DNA of 63,618 nucleotides, the filler included, from a bacterium (GTDB lineage Bacteria > JALSQH01), in NCBI GenBank assembly GCA_026985515.1. It is 11 parts of 11 records of this genome, joined end to end, with 100 filler letters (N's around TTAATTAATTAA, not from the genome) between each part and the next. Parts side by side here need not be neighbours in the genome. Positions count along the whole stretch, not along the records: positions 48,257 to 57,804 come from JALSQH010000139.1; positions 57,905 to 60,775 come from JALSQH010000142.1; positions 60,876 to 63,618 come from JALSQH010000148.1; 8 more parts are not named here. One strand, 5' to 3'. The notes beneath the pieces are model-generated. The model ran no database searches. It was given only the letters and a program-made list of their open reading frames with translations, and was not told the DNA's origin. The position numbers and the translations under genes are program-made. Within the stretch, counting starts at the first letter, position 1; every line of letters begins with the position of its first letter. Of this stretch, positions 53,464 to 61,779 are shown in pieces.

Positions 53464-55798
53464 TTTTCCTCCTTACAAAGAAGTAGGGAAGAAGAAACAG
53501 AAGCAGAACAGGATCAAAGGATGATCCATTTCCTGTGTGACATCCACAACCTGTGGATGGCTCGGGAAATTCCACCGTGAGTGTTTTATATGTTACGGTT
53601 TCGTCATATGGAGAGGTTGCAGAAATTTTGATATAGTACTTTTTCTCAGTGAGGTCACTCAGTTTCACCTGATGTCGTATTGAGTAACTCATAATCACCA
53701 CATCCCTTTTACTTGAGTTGTCACTCCAGTATTCAACCTTTGTATCTGCAAGGCGGTTGGTCTGCCAGGTCAGATCAATTTCACCATAGACTGAATCGAC
53801 GGAAATTTTCACATTTTTTATGGATAAAGGATCCCTGTTCAGTGATTCCCTTGTTAGCATACTGGATAAACCCCTGAGGTTGAATTTCCCGTAACCCCAG
53901 ATATTATTAGGTACTTCACCTGTGAAGAAGTCGGAGATGGCATTTGAGGTTATCAGATTCCTCACTTCCTCAAAGGATAGATCCTCTTCCATTTCAAGCA
54001 GAAGAGCTATCCCTCCTGCAACCATTGGAGAAGCCATGCTGGTGCCTTCCATAACATCGTGGAACTGGTCAATAACAAACTGAGAATCAATATTTACATT
54101 CTGGGACATTGAGGAGATTATCCACTCTCCAGGCGCCGTTATATCGGGTTTGTAGATATTTGTGTTGCATCCCCCCCTGCTGGAAAAATCACTTATATCA
54201 CCAACAGTTGCCCCACTGACAGAGACCACATACCGCTGTCCATTGATTGTGGCTATCCAGCTTGTTCGTGTGACAAATGATCCCACCCCAATTATTTCTG
54301 GAGCTGTTGCCGGTACTGTAACTGTACACCAGTTGTCCCCGTAAAAAACTTTTATGTCTTCAGGGATGCCATTCTCATACACCCTCACAAAATGGGAATC
54401 CTGCCCCTCAGGTCCTGATTGAAACTCCCCGCTACTGTTTACCACCCAGGCATCAAATCTGGTGTCATAGGATGTGTCTCTCTGGAAACCTATGAACCAG
54501 CTGTAGTGATAAAAATTGTTGTTTTCAGGATGAAACAGGAACACAGACTCTATTTTGTAGTTGGTGATATTCTGACCGGAGCTCATTCCTATTGTTGCAA
54601 TCTTATTCCCGTTGACAGAGACATCTTCTGTGCAGACAAGGTTGTTGCACCCGGAAGAGGTGCATGAGCAGTTTGATGTGGAGAAATTAACGCTGTTCCT
54701 GTAAATTACATCTCCATTTTCATCTACTGCCATTATCCTGAAATTGATGTCTTTTACAGACCAGATATCAAGGTAAAGATCATTTTCACCACTGCTGTCC
54801 ATAACTGCTCCGAGGGGGGACATGTAGGGAATAATTTCAAGCCATCCTGTTTCTGCAGTTGCCACACCACTGAAATGGGGCGTTTGATCAGCCTGGTTGC
54901 CGGCAGCTGCAACTATGATTCTTCCCCTGCTTACCAGTTTTTCAAGTTCATTTTCCACCCATGTGGTGCCGTCATGGGGACCTGCGTCACTTCCGAAACT
55001 CATATTTATGACCACCGGCATCTGTAATTGGTTTGCTTTATTTATTATGTATCTCGCTGCATCAACAACGGAGGATTCATCAAACAAGCTTTTAACCACG
55101 ATGAGGGTGGCTTCTGGTGCCACACCTGTGTATTTGCTGTTATTACCTGCTGCTATACCAGCCACATGGGTACCATGTCCGATGGAGGGATTGTCAAAGG
55201 TCCCCTTGTCATTGGATGGACATTTTAGATTGTTTATGTCAACTGCGTCGCATTCATAACCATAGTCAAAACCTTCAGGGTAGTGGTCAGGATGCCCGGA
55301 TATTGTTTGATCCCATAAAAAGGCGATCCTTGTGGAACCATCCGGGTTTTTAAAGTCGGGATGATAGATGTCAATTCCGGTGTCAATTATTCCAATCAGT
55401 ACTCCTTTTCCATTCACGGGAAAACCGGTTTCCACACCATTGTGCCAGACTGTTCCTCCAATTGCTGGTACGGCTATATTCAAAAGCGGGTGCATCCTGT
55501 GGGAGAGGATTACTTTCTCGCCAAATCTATCCATCAATTCTTTTATTTGCGCCGGTGTGGCCCATCCACTGCAGTAATCTTCACCACAGCTCTTCAAAAT
55601 AATATTGTTTTCCCGAAAGAAATTTTTTGCCTCTGATGTGTCGTGTAAATCCCTGACTACTACCGGAATAAGTTGAAATGGAGGTGCACCTGCCTGAAGC
55701 TGAATTGATTCACTTCTGTACAGTGCAATGTTAAGAAAAGGATCGGAATAAAGGATTAAGGGAAAAAAGAGTAAAAGAAAATAAACGACTTTTTTCAT
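53447..55798 (-). CDS. Secreted S8 subtilase with C-terminal MYXO-CTERM-like sorting signal
   Basis: IDTGID, GHGTHVAGIAAG, AAAGN and GTSMASP; C-terminal GCGC + TM helix + RRK. Confidence 0.88.
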   Translation of the reverse strand: MKKVVYFLLLFFPLILYSDPFLNIALYRSESIQLQAGAPPFQLIPVVVRDLHDTSEAKNFFRENNIILKSCGEDYCSGWATPAQIKELMDRFGEKVILSHRMHPLLNIAVPAIGGTVWHNGVETGFPVNGKGVLIGIIDTGIDIYHPDFKNPDGSTRIAFLWDQTISGHPDHYPEGFDYGYECDAVDINNLKCPSNDKGTFDNPSIGHGTHVAGIAAGNNSKYTGVAPEATLIVVKSLFDESSVVDAARYIINKANQLQMPVVINMSFGSDAGPHDGTTWVENELEKLVSRGRIIVAAAGNQADQTPHFSGVATAETGWLEIIPYMSPLGAVMDSSGENDLYLDIWSVKDINFRIMAVDENGDVIYRNSVNFSTSNCSCTSSGCNNLVCTEDVSVNGNKIATIGMSSGQNITNYKIESVFLFHPENNNFYHYSWFIGFQRDTSYDTRFDAWVVNSSGEFQSGPEGQDSHFVRVYENGIPEDIKVFYGDNWCTVTVPATAPEIIGVGSFVTRTSWIATINGQRYVVSVSGATVGDISDFSSRGGCNTNIYKPDITAPGEWIISSMSQNVNIDSQFVIDQFHDVMEGTSMASPMVAGGIALLLEMEEDLSFEEVRNLITSNAISDFFTGEVPNNIWGYGKFNLRGLSSMLTRESLNRDPLSIKNVKISVDSVYGEIDLTWQTNRLADTKVEYWSDNSSKRDVVIMSYSIRHQVKLSDLTEKKYYIKISATSPYDETVTYKTLTVEFPEPSTGCGCHTGNGSSFDPVLLLFLLPYFFVRRKSAREE

Positions 55799-55883
55799 AT
55801 TCTCCTCCTCAGCACAAAATAACACATCTTAAATATTTTCCCCTCTTTGCGGTTATTTTGCAAGAATTGTGCCGGTGGGAAGA

Positions 55884-56858
55884 TCAGATGACTGTGAGGG
55901 TAATGGTTGGTCCGCTTTCAATAATGATATCTTCGCACTCCGCTGGTTTGTAAAGCTCACCATCCAGCATAAAACCTTCACGGGTCCTCTCAATCACTCT
56001 GTTTGCTGCTCCAATCCAGAATTCTCCTGAGTTGGGTCCCTTAACAACTTCTCCCATACCGAAGAAAATGTTGTGTATGTTATTGAGAACTGTAGGAAAC
56101 TTGAGGTCGGTCACTATGTAGTAGAATTGATCCACATTTCTCTCTATGTTTCTGAAAACGGTCAGGGTAGGAAAAGGAGTTTTAAGGGTTGAGAGAATTG
56201 AGGCAAGGATCTGATTGGAAGGATATTTTTTATCGTCCACAGTCACCTGGGCATTTATTTTTTCAAGATAGTACAAATATTTTTCGATCCGCATCGTGAT
56301 TCCACCAATGACTTCCATTATTGTTCTCAGCACCCACCTTATTCCTGGTTTGTTATTGGAAAGGTAAAGTTCAACAAATTTGTAGATGACTCCGTTGGCA
56401 AAAGTTATACCATACTGAGGCGGAATATCCTCTCCATTGAGGGTAACTTTGAGCAGGTTGTTTTCCATATACAGGAGTGAATATGTCTGAAACTTTCTGA
56501 CAAATTTTTTGAGTGTCACAGTTGGTGGCTCTGCTCTCCTCTTGGTATAGAGAATCAGAGCATTTGTTGAACCACCTGCAAGAGGAATTATCCGGGGGAT
56601 GCTTTCTTCTCCACCCTGTCTGATCCATTCAGTCAGGACCTTCTGCAGAGACCCGTCACCTCCATTTACGCCGAGAAATGTTATGTTCATTTCCCTTAAC
56701 TTTGCCACTGCTTCACTCATCTCTTCCAGAGAGTATGTATCAATAACCACACCGAGATCTCCAAGGATAGGTTGAAGCACTTCCTTTCTGTATCTTCCAC
56801 TTTTGTTTTTCTTGGAATTCATGTTTGTAATTATTCCGACAACTGGACCACTGTTCAT
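55884..56858 (-). CDS. Diacylglycerol/sphingosine kinase family protein (paralog 2)
   Basis: IITNMNS, GVNGGDGS, IIPLAGGSTN and LDGE. Confidence 0.8.
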   Translation of the reverse strand: MNSGPVVGIITNMNSKKNKSGRYRKEVLQPILGDLGVVIDTYSLEEMSEAVAKLREMNITFLGVNGGDGSLQKVLTEWIRQGGEESIPRIIPLAGGSTNALILYTKRRAEPPTVTLKKFVRKFQTYSLLYMENNLLKVTLNGEDIPPQYGITFANGVIYKFVELYLSNNKPGIRWVLRTIMEVIGGITMRIEKYLYYLEKINAQVTVDDKKYPSNQILASILSTLKTPFPTLTVFRNIERNVDQFYYIVTDLKFPTVLNNIHNIFFGMGEVVKGPNSGEFWIGAANRVIERTREGFMLDGELYKPAECEDIIIESGPTITLTVI

Positions 56859-56882
56859 ATTTACCTCTCGATTTTTTGAAAA

Positions 56883-56910
56883 ATTATAGATAATTTTTTA
56901 GAAAAGTCAA
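56883..56910 (-). promoter_or_regulatory. Sigma70-type promoter
   Basis: TTGACT-16-TATAAT upstream of the kinase gene. Confidence 0.65.
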
Positions 56911-56922
56911 AAGGAGGGAAAA

Positions 56923-57000
56923 TGGCGTCCCCGAGGGGATTTGAACCCCTGTTACGGGCGTGAAAGGCCCGTGTCCTGGACCTGGCTAGACGACGGGGAC
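56923..57000 (-). tRNA. tRNA-Glu(TTC)
   Basis: GTCCCCG..CGGGC-CT-TTC-AC-GCCCG..GGTTCAAATCC..CGGGGACGCCA. Confidence 0.97.
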
Positions 57001-57006
57001 GCAAGA

Positions 57007-57082
57007 TGGTGAGCCGCGCAGGACTCGAACCTGCGACTCCCGCCTTAAAAGGGCGGTGCTCTACCTCCTGAGCTAGCGGCCC
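57007..57082 (-). tRNA. tRNA-Lys(TTT)
   Basis: GGGCCGC..CCGCC-CT-TTT-AA-GGCGG..GGTTCGAGTCC..GCGGCTCACCA. Confidence 0.97.
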
Positions 57083-57093
57083 ATACACGACAC

Positions 57094-57121
57094 ATTATAC
57101 GAATTTATCTGAACCTGTCAA
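57094..57121 (-). promoter_or_regulatory. tRNA-Lys/Glu promoter
   Basis: Consensus TTGACA-16-TATAAT ending 11 nt before the tRNA. Confidence 0.8.
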
Positions 57122-57124
57122 ACC

Positions 57125-57655
57125 TTACCAGCTTACCTCATATGTACAGTATTCATCTCCTTTTCTGACACATTTTGTCTGTTTTACCACAACTATATCT
57201 TTTGAAAAAAATTTCACTCCCCTCTTCAGTATGCCCTCTTCAAGGATACAGTTAAAGGGTGTGTCTTTTTTGAGGATTGCAGTTTTTTTCGCAGGATCGA
57301 GGGATATGATTTCCCATCCTCCTTTATTTTCTCCAATCACTGAGAAGTTGTAGAGATCAACAAAACTTTTAAGAAAGCTTTCAGCATCTTTGATGTTTTT
57401 CTCTTCAAGCTGCGGTTTCAGCATCTCTGCTATTTTTTCTCCAATCTTTCTGAGATGTATCAATCCAAGTTTCTTTTCAAGTTCGTCTGTGAGAGCAATG
57501 AACTCTGATGCAGGATAGAGTGCTTCAGGATCAACATTTTTGTACTGTTTATATTTTTCCCCCAGCGTTAAAGCTGGATTCTGCATGGCGTCAAGGATGC
57601 TCAGGAAATTCAAGCCTCTCACTTTAATTCCGCTCACATCATATCTACTCATCAC
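57125..57655 (-). CDS. Stand-alone V4R/H-NOX-like domain protein
   Basis: VDPEALYP..IGEKI, TPFNC..EGIL and C-terminal CVRKGDEYCTYEVSW. Confidence 0.55.
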   Translation of the reverse strand: MMSRYDVSGIKVRGLNFLSILDAMQNPALTLGEKYKQYKNVDPEALYPASEFIALTDELEKKLGLIHLRKIGEKIAEMLKPQLEEKNIKDAESFLKSFVDLYNFSVIGENKGGWEIISLDPAKKTAILKKDTPFNCILEEGILKRGVKFFSKDIVVVKQTKCVRKGDEYCTYEVSW

Positions 57656-57678
57656 TCCTCCTATGTTTTTAAAATGTA

Positions 57679-57706
57679 ATTATAGAAAGCCATTTTATAA
57701 AGTCAA
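57679..57706 (-). promoter_or_regulatory. Sigma70-type promoter
   Basis: TTGACT-16-TATAAT upstream of an AGGAGG RBS. Confidence 0.65.
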
Positions 57707-57804
57707 ATTTTTAAAAAATAATTTTAAAATTTTCCCGGATTTTTTGGACTCACCTTAACTTCAATATAATATAACTGGAGCTTCAAATGAGCAGTGGCAT
57801 TTTT

Positions 57805-57904
57805 NNNNNNNNNNNNNNNNNNNNNNNNNNNNNNNNNNNNNNNNNNNNTTAATTAATTAANNNNNNNNNNNNNNNNNNNNNNNNNNNNNNNNNNNNNNNN
57901 NNNN
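57805..57904. other. Artificial linker
   Basis: N44-TTAATTAATTAA-N44. Confidence 0.99.
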
Positions 57905-58737
57905 CTCATTTTCTTAAAAATATCAGGTAAAACCCTTAGCATCCACGCTACCTCAATCCTCTCCTTCCTCTCCTTCTCACAAACATTTTTATCCAAGAGG
58001 TAATCCTCAATCACCTTTCTATCAATCTCTCTCATATGATCCTCCTTTTTCAATAACTTAATCCATTCCATAAAATCCTTTACAAAGATTTTCACCTTCT
58101 CAGCTTCACATTCCTTCAATGTTGTTTCAAGCCATGGAATTAAAAGATCTTCATAACTTATCTCAAGATACTTCCCTGCAGTACTTAATGATTCCTTCTC
58201 CTTTTCATCCAGAGTTGTCGCCTCCTTACCATCAGCGGTAAGGTAAATCAACAGATAATTTTTCCAGCTTTTCAAGTAATCATTGTACCTTTTCAACTGC
58301 TCCTCCTGCTCACCTGCATTAACTTTATTCTCTATTCCTATGGCAAAACTGTTGCCACCACCATTATCAAATTCCATAAAAATATCTATTCTTCCATTAC
58401 CTGTGTTATACTCCCTACTAACATCAACATTTATCTCAACTGCATTTTTCCAGTAACCAATATCTCTGTTCTTACCATTCATCTTTTCATCAAGAATTTT
58501 TAGAAAATTTCTAATAAAAACATCTCCCTGACCATGCATACCATCTGGTTTAAGTAATTCAACTATGAGGTCAGAAACTCTGTTCTCCCTGTGTTTGGGT
58601 TCAAAGAGCTTAATTAAATTAAACTCAGTTGCGTTCAATCTGTTCAAAGTTGATCTCAATGTCTCTGCAGCTTTGTACCTTTCCTTCAACTTCTGAAAAT
58701 GATAGTCAAGAACTGACAAAGGATTGCTACTTTTCAT
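57905..58737 (-). CDS. PD-(D/E)XK nuclease family protein (PDDEXK_4-like; 3'-truncated)
   Basis: EN..SD.I..LL.P.G.HGQG..F, REY..GRIDI, IENKVNAGEQEEQLKRY, YLT.DG and ISY. Confidence 0.88.
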
Positions 58738-58991
58738 CGTACCTCCTTCATTATTACAAACTTATTCAAAATATAGCAAAATAAATCTGCAAAAACAAAT
58801 TACAGCCTCTTCTTATTAGATACAAAATCTGTACCATTCAGCTAAGTTACTGGCTTCTCAGGAGATCTACTTTTATAATGCAAATTTTAATGCAAAAATT
58901 CTTATATAAAAATTTTACTTTTATTAAACATATTTTATCACTTTCACTCAATGACCTATCTCCTAAGGAAATTTGACAATGTCCCACACAC

Positions 58992-59020
58992 AAAAAAGGG
59001 GAGCCTTTAGGCTCCCCTTT
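58992..59020 (-). terminator. Rho-independent terminator of the porin gene
   Basis: Minus strand AAAGGGGAGCC-TAAA-GGCTCCCC-TTTTTT. Confidence 0.88.
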
Positions 59021-59054
59021 CCTGCATCCAATTTTACTGGATTTATCTGGTTGT

Positions 59055-60149
59055 TCAGTTAAGCAAGTTCCCCACCTGGAAGACAAGTCTCACTGTGTCG
59101 TTTTTCTTCTCCGTGCCCTCTTCCATATTCAGCTGATACTCAATCCCGAGCCTGTACTCCATTACCTTCTTTGGGTTGGAAGCTATGACAAGATCAACAC
59201 CGGCAGTCACTGCACTTTTACCATCATTGTCATTATCAACATCTGGATCAAATGCATCATACCTGACTTTTGGTCTCAGGGAGAATGGTTTCAACCTGAG
59301 CAGGTATGAAAGCTCCACATTGAGATCACTTGAGGTAATTTTTTTACTTCCAGTATCCCTTATATAGTTAATATACTCCACAAAGAGCTTTGCTCCTTTA
59401 AATCCAACCCATCCACCCGCAAGAATGGAGGATCTCTGGACAGTAACAGTAGTAATTGAGGCAATATAGGTTTTGTGTGGCTCAAAACCATAGTATCCAA
59501 AGAGCCCCGCTTTTACTGCCTTTACTGGTGGAACAATTTTTAATCCTGCAAAGTATAAAAGGTTAAATTTTTTATCTTTGAAGGAATTATCTGTTCTGAA
59601 AGCATTTAACTGGAGGAAAACCATTTTCTTATAGTTTGCAACCACCTGAATCCCCGTATCAGTAAATGACATCTCGTCCTTTTTCATCATCCCAAATATC
59701 AGCGGAGGCTTTTCAAAGGTCCATGTTGTACAGCAGGGCAGATAGGTAAACTCAGAAGGTTTCTTCAAATTTCCAACTTTTACATCCAGAAACTTATTTG
59801 GTTTCATCCACACAAAGGCACACACAGGTAGAAACTGGTTTACCTTTCTTGAATTATTTTTGTAATCTGGAAATGTGGTTGACATAATATGCGCAAAATA
59901 TCCAAACTTCTTCGGCACGATATTCCCCTTCATAAACACCGAACCTCTCAGGAAGAAATCAGTGTATGTGTGATCACCCAAGATGGTTTCACTCAGTACC
60001 TGCATACCGCCACCGATGGAAGTATAGTGTACCTCACTCTTTTTTTCTCCCCCTTCATTTCCTCCCCCGGCGCATTCATCTCCTGCAGATAAAATTACCG
60101 GAAACATCATGAAGAAAATCAAGACCAGGAGCACTGCTACTCGTTTCAT
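59055..60149 (-). CDS. Outer-membrane beta-barrel/porin-like protein
   Basis: Signal peptide, amphipathic strands, DVKVG..K.P, DTGIQ, RYDAFDPD, TAGV and terminal RLVFQV. ATG 60149 with GGAGGT RBS. Confidence 0.65.
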   Translation of the reverse strand: MKRVAVLLVLIFFMMFPVILSAGDECAGGGNEGGEKKSEVHYTSIGGGMQVLSETILGDHTYTDFFLRGSVFMKGNIVPKKFGYFAHIMSTTFPDYKNNSRKVNQFLPVCAFVWMKPNKFLDVKVGNLKKPSEFTYLPCCTTWTFEKPPLIFGMMKKDEMSFTDTGIQVVANYKKMVFLQLNAFRTDNSFKDKKFNLLYFAGLKIVPPVKAVKAGLFGYYGFEPHKTYIASITTVTVQRSSILAGGWVGFKGAKLFVEYINYIRDTGSKKITSSDLNVELSYLLRLKPFSLRPKVRYDAFDPDVDNDNDGKSAVTAGVDLVIASNPKKVMEYRLGIEYQLNMEEGTEKKNDTVRLVFQVGNLLN

Positions 60150-60350
60150 AACCTTACCTCCTTTTGTTTTTTCGGAGGTAACACAATCAGCATACCACTC
60201 TAACAAAATTTATAACTATCTGAAATTTGATGGAATTTTTAGAAAAGGTAACTTGACCCTGTGTGAAATTTTGACAATCAGTGACAAAATGACAGGAAGC
60301 CACCCCACTCAGAGGCGGCTTCTTGCTACTTTCGGGGAGAAATCACTTAC

Positions 60351-60773
60351 CTACTCTGAACCCTCAGCTTCCTGACCTGCTACCCTCTTACCCAGTTCTC
60401 TGTCCAGCATCAGTAGACCATGGCCGCTGTTACCAATTAACTTTAACTGGGAGATGATCTCCTCGTCGTTGGCCTCTTCCTCCACCTGCTCATTTATAAA
60501 CCATTGCAGCAGATTGAAGGTAGCTCTGTCTTTCTTTTTCTCTGCAAGATCAACGAGATCATTGATACACTGTGTTATATGTTGCTCATGCTTCAGAGTC
60601 TCTTCAAACGCGTGAAGAGGTGATTCCCACTCAGATGGCGGCTCTTTAATAGCATAAAGTTTTACCTTTCCTCCTCTTTCAAAGATATATCTGTACAATT
60701 TCATGGCATGTCCTACTTCTTCCTGATACTGCACATACATCCAGTGAGCAAATCCTTTAAGTCCTATGCTTTC
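60351..60773 (-). CDS. ftnA: Non-heme ferritin (5'-truncated)
   Basis: GFAHWM..Q..EE..HAMK, HEQHIT..I and LQWFINEQVEEEA. Confidence 0.95.
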   Translation of the reverse strand, partial: ESIGLKGFAHWMYVQYQEEVGHAMKLYRYIFERGGKVKLYAIKEPPSEWESPLHAFEETLKHEQHITQCINDLVDLAEKKKDRATFNLLQWFINEQVEEEANDEEIISQLKLIGNSGHGLLMLDRELGKRVAGQEAEGSE

Positions 60774-60775
60774 AA

Positions 60776-60875
60776 NNNNNNNNNNNNNNNNNNNNNNNNN
60801 NNNNNNNNNNNNNNNNNNNTTAATTAATTAANNNNNNNNNNNNNNNNNNNNNNNNNNNNNNNNNNNNNNNNNNNN
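60776..60875. other. Artificial linker
   Basis: N44-TTAATTAATTAA-N44. Confidence 0.99.
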
Positions 60876-60909
60876 ACTCTTTGATTTTTCAAAACTCTTC
60901 AACAGTGAA

Positions 60910-61659
60910 ATGCCCGAAATGAGAAAGGAATTAAGAGATGTTATTGATGTACTGCAATTTTCGAAGCATCCGATAGCTCTGACAGGAGCTGGAATCTCTG
61001 TGGAAAGCGGAATTCCTGATTTTAGAGGGCCACAGGGAATCTGGAAGAGATTTTCACCATCACAATTTGTAAGAGAAAATTTCACCGCTTCACCTGAAAA
61101 ATTCTGGAAAATGGTTCTTCCACTTCTCAATCAAATCAAAAAAGCAAAACCAAATAAGGCTCACTTTGCCCTTGCTCAAATGGAAAGACTGGGTTACATC
61201 AAGGCCGTCATAACCCAGAATATTGACCTTCTTCACCAGAAAGCAGGCAGTAAAAAGGTTATAGAATTCCACGGAAATCTCACACATCTCAGATGCCCCA
61301 GATGTGGGGAAAGATATAAATTTGACATCAAAAAAATGAAAAAGATACCCAGGTGCAGCAAATGCGGTACCATCCTTCTCCCCGAAATAACTTTTTTCGG
61401 GGACCAGATTAACTCTTCCATACTGGAAATGGTTAACAGGGAAATTTCTTACGCAGATGTTCTCCTGATAATAGGAACATCTGCAGCCGTTGAACCAGCC
61501 TCACAGATACCCTACCTTGTAAAGGAAAAAGGTGGAACAATCATAGAAATAAATATCCAGCCCACATATCTTACTGAAGAAATTACTGATATTTTCATCC
61601 CATGTGAAGCTTCTCTGGCTCTTGATAAACTCTCAAAGGCACTGAGCACCATACTATGA
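60910..61659 (+). CDS. cobB: NAD-dependent protein deacylase (sirtuin)
   Basis: TGAGISVESGIPDFRG, ITQNID.LH..AG, HG, two CxxC motifs and GTS..V.PA. Confidence 0.95.
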   Translation: MPEMRKELRDVIDVLQFSKHPIALTGAGISVESGIPDFRGPQGIWKRFSPSQFVRENFTASPEKFWKMVLPLLNQIKKAKPNKAHFALAQMERLGYIKAVITQNIDLLHQKAGSKKVIEFHGNLTHLRCPRCGERYKFDIKKMKKIPRCSKCGTILLPEITFFGDQINSSILEMVNREISYADVLLIIGTSAAVEPASQIPYLVKEKGGTIIEINIQPTYLTEEITDIFIPCEASLALDKLSKALSTIL

Positions 61660-61703
61660 CAGAAGCGTCACTCTTGACAGACGGGTCAATATGTTGTTAG
61701 AAT
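61657..61703 (+). promoter_or_regulatory. Promoter with tandem TGAC-N6-GTCA palindromes
   Basis: TGAC-AGAAGC-GTCA (61657-61670) and TTGAC-AGACGG-GTCAA (61674-61689); -35 TTGACA, 18-nt spacer, TG-n-TAGAAT. Confidence 0.55.
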
Positions 61704-61779
61704 TAAATCACCGTTAGAAGATTTATATTTTCTGGTATGGAAATTGTATTAACAAAACAAAAAAATAGGAGGTGTTGTT

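Noticed and set aside
53447..53600. FMN riboswitch upstream of ribD
   Set aside because: There is no intergenic leader; the region is protease coding sequence without RFN motifs.
56861..57088. 75-aa ORF
   Set aside because: It is a translation through tRNA-Lys and tRNA-Glu.
60296..60322. Hairpin after ferritin as riboswitch or SECIS
   Set aside because: It is a short stem with no U-tract, known motif or in-frame UGA nearby; at most a stabilising or weak terminator hairpin.
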